Under the pieces are notes generated by a model. The model made no database searches, was not told where the DNA came from, and saw only the letters and a list, made by a program, of their open reading frames with translations. A stretch of DNA of 64,000 nt, taken from positions 1,646,312 to 1,710,311 of the forward strand of contig ML992502.1 of NCBI GenBank assembly GCA_010093995.1. The letters run 5' to 3'. Shown piece after piece: positions 37,752-50,259 of this stretch. Source of the DNA: Elsinoe ampelina. Taxonomy: Eukaryota. The translations under genes were made by a program, and so were the position numbers. Numbering within the stretch: position 1 is the stretch's first letter; each line of letters opens with the position of its first letter.

Positions 37752-38413
37752 ATGCCACTACTAAGGTAGCTAGAGCTATAATCCGCTAAATTTGACTATC
37801 CCTTAAGTTCTTTAGTACTCCTTATTCTTCTATTAAAGCTTATATACTATACCCTTATACTCTTACCTCTTTCTTAGAAGATATAAGTCCTTTATAGCTA
37901 AGCTCTTTCTATACTAACCTATCTAAGGAGGTAATAGCCTACCTAAATAATATCTCTACTACTTATCTTAATAAAGTTTAAGCCTTCTTAAGGGAGATAT
38001 ATAATTACTAGGTGTACTTAAGTATAATCTAGTATATAATCTAGCGCTAGTAGTAGTCTCGAAAGGTAGCTAAGAAGGTAGCGGCTAAAAGAGATATAAT
38101 ACTTAGGGCGAATTAGACTCGAAGGTGTATACTTTAGCTAGTTAATAGAATTATTTATATTAACAAGTTAGCTTATAATAAGTATATAGTATAGAGGAGA
38201 TATAGGTAGGCGCCTGTTAGTAAGAAGTATATAGATATCTAGCTAAAGTAGCGTAGTAAGAGGTAGAGCATATTACTAGCTATTACTATTAATAGCTATC
38301 TCCCTAGTACCTTAATCTACTATAGATTAATTACTAGTAAGATCTTTATTAGCTAGCTAATAGATATAATAATACTAGAGCTTCTAGCTAGTATAATCTT
38401 TGTTATAGATAAT
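37752..38413 (+). pseudogene. Tc1/IS630-type transposase, RIP-mutated, 3' part lost in N gap
   Basis: De-RIPed reading gives T.YLDEVQ.FL (HTH region), I..IDESA.N....RRYGWAP.G (first catalytic D), KRWSILPAIT.DGY, and F-V-M-D-N (second D) right before the gap. Confidence 0.82.
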
Positions 38414-39173
38414 NNNNNNNNNNNNNNNNNNNNNNNNNNNNNNNNNNNNNNNNNNNNNNNNNNNNNNNNNNNNNNNNNNNNNNNNNNNNNNNNNNNNNNN
38501 NNNNNNNNNNNNNNNNNNNNNNNNNNNNNNNNNNNNNNNNNNNNNNNNNNNNNNNNNNNNNNNNNNNNNNNNNNNNNNNNNNNNNNNNNNNNNNNNNNNN
38601 NNNNNNNNNNNNNNNNNNNNNNNNNNNNNNNNNNNNNNNNNNNNNNNNNNNNNNNNNNNNNNNNNNNNNNNNNNNNNNNNNNNNNNNNNNNNNNNNNNNN
38701 NNNNNNNNNNNNNNNNNNNNNNNNNNNNNNNNNNNNNNNNNNNNNNNNNNNNNNNNNNNNNNNNNNNNNNNNNNNNNNNNNNNNNNNNNNNNNNNNNNNN
38801 NNNNNNNNNNNNNNNNNNNNNNNNNNNNNNNNNNNNNNNNNNNNNNNNNNNNNNNNNNNNNNNNNNNNNNNNNNNNNNNNNNNNNNNNNNNNNNNNNNNN
38901 NNNNNNNNNNNNNNNNNNNNNNNNNNNNNNNNNNNNNNNNNNNNNNNNNNNNNNNNNNNNNNNNNNNNNNNNNNNNNNNNNNNNNNNNNNNNNNNNNNNN
39001 NNNNNNNNNNNNNNNNNNNNNNNNNNNNNNNNNNNNNNNNNNNNNNNNNNNNNNNNNNNNNNNNNNNNNNNNNNNNNNNNNNNNNNNNNNNNNNNNNNNN
39101 NNNNNNNNNNNNNNNNNNNNNNNNNNNNNNNNNNNNNNNNNNNNNNNNNNNNNNNNNNNNNNNNNNNNNNNNN
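38414..39173. other. Assembly gap (760 N)
   Basis: Run of N characters. Confidence 1.
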
Positions 39174-40720
39174 CTTTTAAAGCTTCTCTTTCTCTTTATC
39201 TACTTAAAGAATTTAGTTAAAACTTCGTAAGGGTCGGCCTTAGAGGTAATAGGTAAGGATCTTAAGTCGTTTATAGGCCCTAAGCGCTACTATAGCTAGT
39301 AAGGAGCAATTAAGTTTATAATATTAATATAGTTAATAGGTGTTAGAGGGAGTGTAAAAGGCGCTAAAGACGCTAAAGGCGTCGGTGTTAATAGTATTAG
39401 TAGAGCGCTTTTAACACTCCTTAAGGCCTTTAAGCAATTAAGGCTTAATATAAGACCTATAGGAGGACGATTAATAGTAGCTTTACTATTGTAAATAGTA
39501 GTAGCCTAGGTATACTTATTCTCTATTATAATTCGGTAGTATTTACTAGTTAATATATGCTAGTATAACCTCTTATAGTTATAGTAATTATAATTAGTAC
39601 AAGTCTATACCGACTCTAATAGAGGCTCCTTATTGCTATTTACGCCCTCGAGCGTACTACGTAATTAGCTTATTACTAAGCCTCGACCTTATAATAGCGG
39701 CGCTAGCTACACTACCTATAAAGATAGTAGTATTATACTAGCTACTAGAGTCTATACTATCCTTACTAGCATCGATCTAAGGGAGGATTACTATAAAGGT
39801 AGCAGTAGTAGACCTATTAAAGAGCTTAGAACTAGTATAGTTAAAGGTAGTTATATAACTCTTAAATTTACTATAGAGTTTATAGCTATTAGTACCTTCT
39901 TTATCTCGGTAGTAAGGCCGAGCCTAAGCTACTAGCAATCCTTAGTAAGCTAATCTTCGAGCTTATTAACTAGCCTCTATATCTTAGCTAGCTCTAATAT
40001 TGCTACTCTAAATAGCTACTATATACTAAGATGCTTATAGGTAGTAGCGTAATTAAGCAAAAGTAGCTTAAGTATAGCTTAAGTAATAAGACTACTCTTC
40101 TCTACTACCTAATTAGCTAGTACTAACTACGATAGATTACTTAGCTAGCTAAATACATACTTGTTATAGTATAGAGTCTTACTTCTAAGCTTTACTACTA
40201 GCTTTACCTCTACTATCTAACTAAGATAGAGTATATCTAAGTCGCTAGGATTAGTCTCTAGTAACTCTAGTACTTGTAATAACTATAGCACCTCTATTAC
40301 CTATGTATCTAGCTCTTCCTCCGGTGCTATATCTAACTTAATTAACTACCTTAGCTAGTCTAGTACAGGTGTTAGAAATCTTAATTAAAGAGATAGCTAC
40401 TAAGATCTAGCTTGTAAAGGTAGTATAACTTAGTTTATAGCTTACTCTATAAGCCTCTAAAGAGCTAGGTTAGTAGATATGTCCTCTAGATAAGGTACTA
40501 CCTACGCTGGCGCTAGTATATAGCTCTTTAGCTAGATAGTTAGACTATAACAAAGGTTATCTAGTACCTTCTCTAATAAGCTTAAGGAGTGCCTTAAAGA
40601 AGAAAAAACTAGTAGCGACGACAGAGGAGTAGAGAATATTATAATTGCCTCCTATACTACTCTTAAAGGTTTCTTTGTATAGCTAGAGCAATAGTTAGTC
40701 GTAGAAGAAGGACACTTACG
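39174..40720 (-). pseudogene. Second, intron-containing gene inside the Tc1-like element, RIP-mutated; function unknown
   Basis: Long minus-strand frame whose stops are almost all TAG/TAA (RIP-type). De-RIPed W-x-C-x4-C-x-N-x4-C-W-x6-H-Y..W-x2-AI-x2-G-x-AT-x2-RPP around 39610-39460. Intron-like segments, e.g. 40445-40360 (GTAAGC..CTAAC..TAG) and a GTATGT donor at 40160. Confidence 0.55.
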
Positions 40721-41339
40721 AGCTATAATTTAGTAACGTTAGTATATACTAACTAGTCTATTACACCTTTTTTCAGCTTTAATTTTATTTAAATAGACAG
40801 CGTTGTTAAGCTATTCGACTCTATATTCTCTCTAGACCTCCAGCCAGCCAATTTTGGTAAGCAGAAGTCGGTGAAGAGTACCGCCAAGCCCGGGGTGGCT
40901 CGGTTGAACTCAAAACGACTGTAAGACCGAACCCTGTCAGCCGCATCACAACGTGCCTGAAGATCACTGTTCTCGAACTCTGACTGGCCCTCACAAGTCC
41001 GTTCATCATGATGAAAGTGCTGACCAGATGCATTCGTTTCATCCATTGCTGCCTTTTTGCGAGATGCGCAATTTCATCGTCGTTCCAGTCGTTGCCGTCG
41101 TACAACAAGCGTGGCCACCTCGATAGCCTAGATCCAGACTTGTCGGCCCGTCCAAGGCATCGTTTACCATAAACAGTATGTGGTTATGGAGGTCTGCGGC
41201 GCGTCGGAGCCGATCGTGCTCCCTAAAAGTGCCTGGTGGGTAATGACCAAAGGGCAGCATTTGATCAAGCACTCATGCCGGTGCCGTCAGTGGCCATGCA
41301 GTGTTGCCACGGAGACTCTTTCCTCTGTAGTGACGCTGC

Positions 41340-42211
41340 TCAACCAGACACGTCAAGATAATCCAAAGTATCCTGCACTACTGGCAGAAGCGAAGACATC
41401 AGGTTTGCGTCCCGCAATGCTTCGGGGATATTCTCCCGTCGGCCGTGAAGCTTCGTGCGCATGTTGTCGTACTTGTCTTCTTTTGCAGTGTATTGCCGAA
41501 TGATGCGATTCGATGCCAGCTCAATATAGACTCTGGTATCTCGTACGCGAACAATGACTCCGTCCAAGCGTAAGAAGAATCGACCTAGCAGGAGCAGACG
41601 CTCCGGCATGACGCGAATCTTGATGGACATGATCGCAATGCCATTGTCCGCAAGCTCATCTTCGTAGAGCATGACGTCGTCGAAGAAGAGTATGGGGTCT
41701 TGACGAGCCAGGAGGTCAGTACGGACTGGATTCTCCTTATCTGTGGTAGGTTGCCACTCGGTTGGTGCTCCGGTTGTCGTTCCCTTGAAGTCGGTGCTGT
41801 ATGACCAGTCGAATGGCTTGACTACCTCTTTGATGCCGTCTTGATGTTGCCTGACTCTTGTTAGAGCTGTCAATAACACTTTTTCGCGCGCATGTCTAAC
41901 CTATCTTTCTTCCACTCTTCGGAATATGCAACTTGCAGCATGCCCTCCTCGGTCTTGGACACCCTATCGAGTGCGTCGGAAGCATTGTATTCGAGCCTGG
42001 TCCCGCTTGGAATATGCTCGATAATAACAAAGTTGTCACCAAATATCATCTCAGGAATTGGTATACCCAACTTGGAGTTCAACTCCTCAATGGGTTCAGC
42101 TTTCAGGATCGGCATCTTGCGGGTGCTGATTCGCCATCTCTTGTCGCGCGTAAGGTGCGATTGCACTCCAGGACCTTGGATGTCTGTACGCGCGCCATTT
42201 GAAGCCGCCAT
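41340..42211 (-). CDS. TIP41: TIP41 / TipA, PP2A regulator in TOR signalling
   Basis: LGIPIPEMIFGDN, KPFDWSYSTDFKGT, ILFFDDVMLYEDELADNG, RFFLRLDGV..RDTR. Intron 41900-41857. Confidence 0.93.
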
Positions 42212-42476
42212 AATGATGACTTCCTTTGTGTCAGTCAAGCTACATTCTTTTTCCCACGAGCATGGATGAAGCATTGATGATGCGGCTTGCGTTTGACAGA
42301 AAGTTCTTGGCAGCACTATTCCCAAAGCGGCCGTTGCTGTGCTCCCGGCCATGTTTGTCAACACCCCAGACTTCGCTCAGTACATTCTCGGATTCACTTC
42401 CGACAACGACGACCACATCTTCGACCAATCGACAAGCCATTCTTTACCGTCGTTTCGAACACGACATCAAGGAAGT

Positions 42477-43739
42477 ATGGATGTTCAATCACTAGAAGCC
42501 CGCCTGGAGGGCATCTCGGTGAATGACGAGAACTACGAGGGCGCTGCTTACCAAAAATCAAAGGTAAGGGATCATGCTGGCGAGCCTTCCTGCTTCATAC
42601 TCACGAATCACAGGCCGGTCTCTCGACGTCGATATCCATGTCAAGTCTCAATGCATCAGCGGCCGCCAATCGCATGAAGCTCCCTCTGCAGAAGCTCGCC
42701 AGTGCCAACGCCGCAAAGGGCCCAACTGGACAACCCGCAGCGACCATTGCAAAGATCACACTACCGTCGCAAGCAGCACAAAGAAACTCGGACGCAGAAC
42801 GCAAGTCAGACTCATCGAATTACTCTGCTCCAGCTCAACCTACGATGCCAAAGCAATTCCACCTGGGCATGTTCGAAATTGGGAAACCACTCGGCAAGGG
42901 CAAGTTCGGCCGCGTCTACCTTGCTCGCGAGAAGAGCACCGGCTTTGTGTGCGCATTGAAAGTGCTTCACAAGTCGGAGCTACAACAAGGCAAGGTCGAG
43001 AAACAGGTTCGTCGCGAAATCGAGATCCAGTCGAACCTCGCCCATCCCAACATCCTGCGATTATACGGACACTTCCATGACAGCAAACGTATATTCCTGA
43101 TCCTCGAATTTGCTGGCAAGGGTGAATTGTACAAGCATCTCCGGAAAGAGCAGAGGTTTCCAGAGTGGAAGGCGGCGCAATACATTGCTCAGATGGCGGC
43201 AGCTCTCAAGTATCTGCACAAGAAGCATGTGATCCATCGAGACATTAAGCCGGAGAATATCCTCGTGGGTATTCATGGAGAGATCAAGATCAGCGATTTT
43301 GGCTGGAGTGTCCATGCGCCGAATAACAGACGGCAAACCATGTGCGGAACCTTGGACTATCTCCCCCCTGAGATGTTGCGAGGCAAGGATGACAACTGGT
43401 ATAACGAGAAGGTCGACTTGTGGAGTTTGGGTGTGTTGACGTACGAATTCCTGGTGGGCGAGGCGCCATTCGAAGACACACCAGTCATGACGCAACGGAG
43501 GATCGCAAGAGGAGAGATGTCAATTCCTAACTTTGTCAGCCCAGAGGCGCGGGATCTCATCAAGAGGGTAAGTTCCATCTCCAGCAGATCCAAGATATCA
43601 ACTAACATCCATCCAGCTGCTCGTGCTCGACCCAGAGAAGCGTTTGTCGCTTGCTGAAGTCCAACAACATCCCTGGATCATCAAGCATTGCGTCAAAGGC
43701 GAGCGAGCATACCAAAGGACGTCCGGCGGCAAAGAGTGA
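42477..43739 (+). CDS. IPL1: Aurora kinase (Ipl1/Ark1)
   Basis: [71 protein letters not shown]. Introns 42563-42613 and 43568-43616. Confidence 0.95.
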
Positions 43740-43911
43740 TGACTTTCCTCACGGCGTTGGTTCCTTCGGAGCATTTCGGGTTTCAATGTTTCCTTGCGCG
43801 CATAGCCAGAGGCGCCTTTTACATCCAGCTTCGAAAAGCAGAGATTCATACAGAATGGGTATATGACATGACCGACTTCCCTATCTTACATCTCCATTCC
43901 CTGCTCCCACG

Positions 43912-44662
43912 TCATCTGTATATCTCATCAAACGGCCGTGTATCGTAAAAACAGCTCTTCCAAACATCATTCACCACCTTCGCCGCATGCTCCTTATCCT
44001 TGCACGCCGGCCTCTGCATCACCGACAACGTCGCCCTCCTCCTCACACACTCCTGCAACTGCTGCGTGATATTCCTCTGACCTCTCGTGAAGAACTCCCT
44101 CCCAAACCTACACTCCCCCGACAAGGTCGACGCCCTGATCTGCTCCCCGTCAGTCCCAATCCCCCCTCTGCAGTCTGTACCAACTCACTTCCGTACAAGC
44201 CGCATGCCTCAAATCCCTCGGATCCTCATACTTGAACCTCAAATAATCCCACGCGTGCACCATCTCATGCGCCATCGTATCCTCCTGATGACCCCTATTC
44301 CTCAACTGATTCGCACATATCAAAATCCCATACTCGGGGTCAAACCCACCGCTTTGCGCCGTCGTGCACCGTCGGCAGTGGACGTTGGTCTCGTTGATGT
44401 CTTGTCCGAGCATCTGGATGTTCTGCCGGAGGAAGCGCACGATGGGACTGTATTTGAGTAGCCAAGCTGTTTGTTGTTCGCATTTGGCGCAGTCCGAGGC
44501 TTCGTGGAGATCGTCGCGCACGCGGAGGTAGGCGTCTGCTTCGCGGGGGGAGGCGCTGCCGGTGAGGATGGAGAAGAAGGTGGACCAGTTGTAGAAGTCT
44601 TTGTCGAGTTTGGGGGAGGGAGTTGAGGAGGGGTCGGAGGGGGGGTTGTCAGAAGTGGACAT
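43912..44662 (-). CDS. ATP23: Mitochondrial inner membrane metalloprotease Atp23
   Basis: [24 protein letters not shown] (HEXXH), [16 protein letters not shown] across intron 44187-44140, [17 protein letters not shown]. Confidence 0.93.
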
Positions 44663-44965
44663 GTTGGGTGGCTTGGAAGGGGTGGTTATCGTGTCATCGA
44701 AGAGGGAAGGTAAGGGTCGAGGTCATTGAATGCCTCTAGAGACCGACATCGTTCGGAAACTTTTTTGGTAGAGGCAATGGAGGGCTGTGATTGGTTGGAG
44801 CGAACCTCTCACGGTACGCCCTTCATGAATCACGCATTCAAGATTTCTGCACTTTAGTAACCAACACGATTTTCGTAATCATGATCCTGCGGTAACACGG
44901 CGAGTATTCAGGTAATTTGATTGCAAAACTCGAAGGAGCGGGAACACATCGGTGGCGCGGTCAAG

Positions 44966-46658
44966 ATGAAGAAACATCTGACCATTGTAATCAAGTTAGG
45001 TACGTCAAACCACTTTCTACTTCTTTCAATGCATGAGAAAGTATGATAAAGAAGAATGAGATCTCCTATACTTATCTTCTGAGACAACGGGTTGAAGAAA
45101 TTGCAAATCATCCATATGGTCTTTGATTACAACCCTCCACTACAAAGACAAACGGAGATTTGCCTACTGCATATGATCCTAACTATTGGCAGGAACGTCG
45201 TCAATCGTCGACGAAAAAACGCATGAACCACTCCTATCGATCCTCTCGACCATCGTAGAGACAGCATGCGCCCTACAGAAGGAAGGCCACAAGGTGGTCA
45301 TTGTCTCGTCAGGGGCTATCGGAGTGGCACTCGGACAGATGAACCTTGAACGACGACCGAAGCATCTTCCACAAGTACAAGCATTGGCAGCGATAGGTCA
45401 ATGCAAGCTTATGGCATTATGGGATCAGCTCTTCATCCACAGACGGCAACCAATTGCGCAAATTCTCCTCACCCGAGGTGACATCGCAGACCGAACACAA
45501 TACCTCAACGCTCAGAACACTTTCATCGAACTCCTCCACATGGGCACCATACCCATCGTCAACGAGAACGATACTCTGTCCGTAGCCGAAATCAAGTTCG
45601 GTGACAACGACACCCTCTCCGCCATCACCGCCGCCATGGTCCAAGCCGACTACCTCTTCCTCATGACCGACGTCGACTGCCTCTACGACAGCAACCCCCG
45701 CACCAACCCCTCCGCCAAACCCATAGAAGTAGTAGAAGACATCTCCCTCCTCGAAGCCGACGTGTCCTCGGCCGGCTCCTCCGTCGGCACAGGCGGCATG
45801 TCCACCAAAATCACCGCCGCCCGCCTCGCCACCTCCGCCGGCGTGACAACAATAATCACTCGCTCCAACAAACCAGGCAACATCGCCTCCATCATAACCC
45901 ACTGCGAATCCCTCCGCCCGCTCTCCACCCCGGCGACTCCCCCCCCACAATCCACCTCCCCCTCCCAGCCCCAAACAACCACCTCCCCCCCAACCTCCCA
46001 ACTCCTAAAAACAGCCCTCACCCACGCCGCCACCGACTCCCTCACCCCCTCCTCCCTCTCCGCCAGTCCCTCCCTCTCCCCCTCCTCCCTCACCCTCCCG
46101 CACCCCCCACCTCTCCACACCCGCTTCCTCCCCATCCCCTCCCCCATCCGCGACCGCTACTTCTGGCTCCTCCACGGCCTCCGCCCCCACGGCACAATCT
46201 ACATCGACGCGGGCGCGCACCGGGCTCTCATGGCCAAAGCAGGCTTGTTGCCCGTGGGAGTGGTGGACGTGGAGGGGACTTTCGGTCAGCAGGAGTGTGT
46301 GAGGTTGGTCGTTGTGCAACGGCGTACGACATCGGGGACGACATCAGGGATGGGGCCAGGGGCAGGGACGGGGACAGGAACAGGGGCAGGGATGGGTTCA
46401 GGGACGGGGACAGGAGGACCATCAGCCGCGCCAGAGTACGACAAGGCGTCAGGGGAAGAGGTGGGGAGGGCGTTGGTGAATTACTCTGCCGCCGAAGTCA
46501 AGTGGATACGCGGGCTCAAGAGCACCGAGATCGAAGGCGTGTTGGGGTACGCGGATAGTGAGTACGTGGCGCTGAGGGAGAATATTGCGTTTTTGAGGAG
46601 GGAGAGTAGACCTGTGACGCCGACGAGGGGGACGCACGGGGAGACGGCGGGGAGGTAG
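44966..46658 (+). CDS. PRO1: Glutamate 5-kinase (with PUA domain)
   Basis: TIVIKLG-TSSI across intron 45000-45192, IVSSGAI, PIVNENDT, KFGDNDTLSA, GTGGMSTK, LLPVGV, GRALVNYS. Confidence 0.94.
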
Positions 46659-46831
46659 GGTTCCTTGTGGACGGGAGTGAGAGGGGATAGGAAACGACGG
46701 GGTAAAACAGAGATGCAGAAAGTACGGCGTCGAGGTGCAAAGAACGAACAAGGTGAACATGCAGGGAGCACCAAGTAGAGACTCATGATCAAAAAGCATA
46801 TCATTTTCCCATTCCCAATTCTATGGCATGA

Positions 46832-49779
46832 CTATTCCTCATCCTGCTCCTCTTCCGCCTCAGCCTCCTCTTCCCCTTCCACTTCCGCTTCCCCCTCGGC
46901 TTCTTCCACACCATCCCCCGTCTCCCCCTCCTCATCACCAACATCCACCAACCTCCCCCCCAACCCCTTCCCTCTCCCCTCCTTCTCCGCCCCCAACCAC
47001 TCCTCCCACTCAGGGAACAAGTCCTCATCCCCCTCCCCGCCCACAGGCGGCGCCCCCACAACCCTCGCCACCTTCCCCTTACCAGACTTTCCCAACTCCT
47101 CCTTCCACCTTCCCACAATCTCCCCCGTCCGACTCGGCTTATACGTCTGGCTGAACAACACCGCCTCGGCCGTGCGTCCGCTCTTGAGCAAAATCTCGAT
47201 ACAGCCGTCCACGTCCGCGACGGCCCAGAGCGCGGAAAAGGCAATGTTTCTCGCGCCCGCGTCTTCGGCTTGGCGGGCCAGTTCACGGAGGCCGGCTTCG
47301 TTGCAGGACGAGGTGTACAGGAGGAGGAGCGAGCCGAGGTCTTTGGCGTGCACGAAGCACTCTTCTGCAAGCTTGATGTCGTAGCCGGTCAGGGCGGCGT
47401 CGCCGACGGTTTTCCACTTGTGTTCCTTGTCTTCTTGCTTGGCGAGGTCGAGGGCAATCTCGAGGCGGCCGAGCGAGAGGGCGAGTTCGAAGCGGTGTTC
47501 GGCGTCGGTGGCGACCTCGAGGGCTTGTTCTTTGTAGCCTTGGCCCTCGAGGAAGCGGGCGATTTTGGCTTTTTGGTCGTCTGCGATGTCCGGGAGCATG
47601 GCGTTGGCCGAGTCAAGGTCGCCGCGGAGGACGAGGGTTTGGTATTCGATGACGGAGGTGGAAAGCAGGAAGGAAGTGATGACGACGTCTTTGTCGGCAA
47701 CGTATAGGCGGGAGTCGCGGGGCAGGTATCCGAGAACGTAGTGGGGACTGTCGAAGGTCGAGATGGAGTAGACTTGGTCGCCAACGAGGTAGTTGAGGCG
47801 ATTTGTGCTATTGGTGTAGACGAAGCAGTCGCCTACCCATTGGCCGGTGCGAACGCTGGGACGTGTCAGTCTAGGTTCTTTACATTTCCAAATGGCTTAT
47901 GCTCACCTTTCGTTAATGTCCGTTACGACCTCGAAAGCAGCTTCCACTCCATCCTCGTCTGCTTCCCCATTGGCGATTCCGGCAAGGTAAGCTTCCCTCG
48001 AGTATCGGAGAACGTAGTATGTGTCTTCACAGGCAAGAGCAACAAGCTCGCCACTGTCTGACCAATATACCTGGCACTTCGTCAGCACTGTGTAGCAAAC
48101 CGATCAAGATGGTAACTCACGTTCTTAGGCTCAACCTCAATTCTCCGCACAAGCTGACCAGTCTCCCAATCAAAGAGACCAATACCGCCCTGGCCCTTGA
48201 CACCGAGTAGAACACCACCGCTCAGGCCTTCTGCCTGGAAGCCGACGTTCAGCGAAGCCTTTTCCTTGAAATTACGGAACAGCTTGACGCTAATGTTGGA
48301 TTCCCGAATGGCGTAATCCTTGTCGTTGTCTTTCGAGCCCCAAGCAAAGTCAAGAGCCGAACCGAAAGCCTGGTTGCGGAGAGCAAGAGCGGTGTAGATG
48401 ATGTACTCGCCGTCTCCGCAGACTGCTACGAATCGTCCATTTGGCGAGTGCATGAGTGTTTGCGGGTAGATTTCTGTCGAGCCGAGGTCTTTGCTTGGGA
48501 GAGTGATGGGTGTGCCGTCCTTCAAGCTCTTGTCTGTAATTCGTCAGTACGTATTTTCCGGTTATGCTGCACGTTGGCTTACCTCCACCCTTCAGAACTG
48601 CCGTGAGAATCTCGCTGTGTCTCGCCCAAATGACCTTTCCTGAGCCATCCATGGACACGGCCGGCTCCTCACGACCCATCTTGACAACAACCGCACCATC
48701 ATCGAAACCGACTGCAATGCCCTGCTTGCCTCTCTGGTAGCTCACACACCAGGCTCGCTCCAGACCGTAGCTCAACGATTGCTCCAATCGGTATGTGTTC
48801 GCGTGCCAGATCTTGATCGTCCCGTCTTCCGAGCCAGAAATGATCACAGGTAGCTCTGGGTGATAGCAAGCGAACGAAACGTTATTCTGATGCCCCTCTA
48901 GAGTCGCAATGAGCCCCTTTGTGGTATAATCCCAAATCTTGACTGTCCTGTCATCCGAAGTCGTGAGAAGGTATGGCTTGTCTGAATGTGGGTAATAGTC
49001 AACGTGGTTCACGCCCTTTGCTTCGTGCGCTTCGAGGGTGAAGTTGGCAGTCGGCGATCCTAGACTCCAGATCTTGACTGTTCGGTCCAGACATGCCGAG
49101 GCGAATGTGTTTGTGTCCTTTGGGTTGATCGATAGTCCCATTACATAGTGCGCATGTCCTTCGAAGACTTGCACGCACTTCCATTGTCTGTCCCAATCCC
49201 AGAGCTTGATGGTCATGTCATCGGACGCTGTGAGGACGAATGGCTGTGTAGGGTGCACCACGATTGCTCGAATGTAGTCTGGATGTGCTTCGAAGGAGGT
49301 GATCTTTTCGGACGTATTGTAATTGTAGACCCGTAATTGGAAATCGTCTGAGCCGCATACTATCCAGTTCTTACGCGCTACGAAGCGCCCTGCTCGCACG
49401 GGGACATCTGTGAGCTCAAAGGTCTTGATAATGGCCTGTCTGTTGTCAGGGGGTGGTCCGCTCTAGCTTCGATGGACTGACCTGTGTTTCATACGACCAT
49501 ATGTAGACGTGCCCTAGGTAGTTGTCAATGCCTGCCTCTCCTGTCCCTGCTTCTCCTTACGAACCATTGTATAGAGTCGTGAGGATCTGCCTCTTGTCAG
49601 CCTGGCCTCCTTTGTACTTCTCTCAAGATGCTTACCCATGGCTCAGTTGGATGAAAGTCAATACCCTTTACCCTTTGTGATCGGGCAAAGAGTTGTCTCT
49701 GTTCGTTGAGGCGCACGTCAGCGGGCATGGTCTTGCTTCCTCTACGGTATGTTCCTCATACCTTTACATCCAAGCGCAT
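46832..49779 (-). CDS. SEC27: Coatomer beta' subunit
   Basis: [53 protein letters not shown] across four short 5' introns; [11 protein letters not shown]40 repeats, [24 protein letters not shown]-terminal solenoid. At least three further introns. Confidence 0.95.
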
Positions 49780-50259
49780 TTTGGGAGGTGGGAGGTGCTG
49801 CCTTGCGAAGCAAGGGACAGCTGGTGATGCGGTTGTTCCAAGATCGGAATTGCAGTTGCCAACGTGCCGGAGGATTGCGGGATGTTGCAGTGGAAAGGCT
49901 GTACGAGATCTGTCGAGCTTGGATACAATTGAGTCTCGAAATGTGCTCCCTCCCTGCGCACACGTTGCTGCTTCCCACATCCCGCCCTGAAATGTCGGAC
50001 CCTAACCCTAACCACAGCTCAGCTCCTTATACGGTCCTGCATACCTCCTCTATCCTACATCTTTGATCTTCGTGATTACAGAGTTCTCAATTTCAACGCA
50101 TACCACTCTCGCCCTGTCTCATGTCTTGGGTCTTTGTGCGATTCGTGCTAGTGCATTTGTCCGTGTGTAAGGCATGCTCGTAAGAATCTCTCCATCAAAC
50201 CCCTTAGTCATGAGACTCTACGTTGTCTGATATCTCACCTTCCATGATCGTTTCCTATC

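Larger units (their letters stand above)
37502..40921. mobile_element. Tc1/mariner (IS630-Tc1, DDE) DNA transposon, RIP-inactivated, interrupted by an assembly gap
   Basis: Perfect 40-bp TIR CAGTCGTTTTGAGTTCAACCGAGCCACCCCGGGCTTGGCG at both ends, extending imperfectly inward. TA duplications at 37500-37501 and 40922-40923. TpA-rich interior. Confidence 0.92.

Noticed and set aside
38414..39173. N run inside the transposon
   Set aside because: Assembly gap; its length is an estimate and carries no biology.
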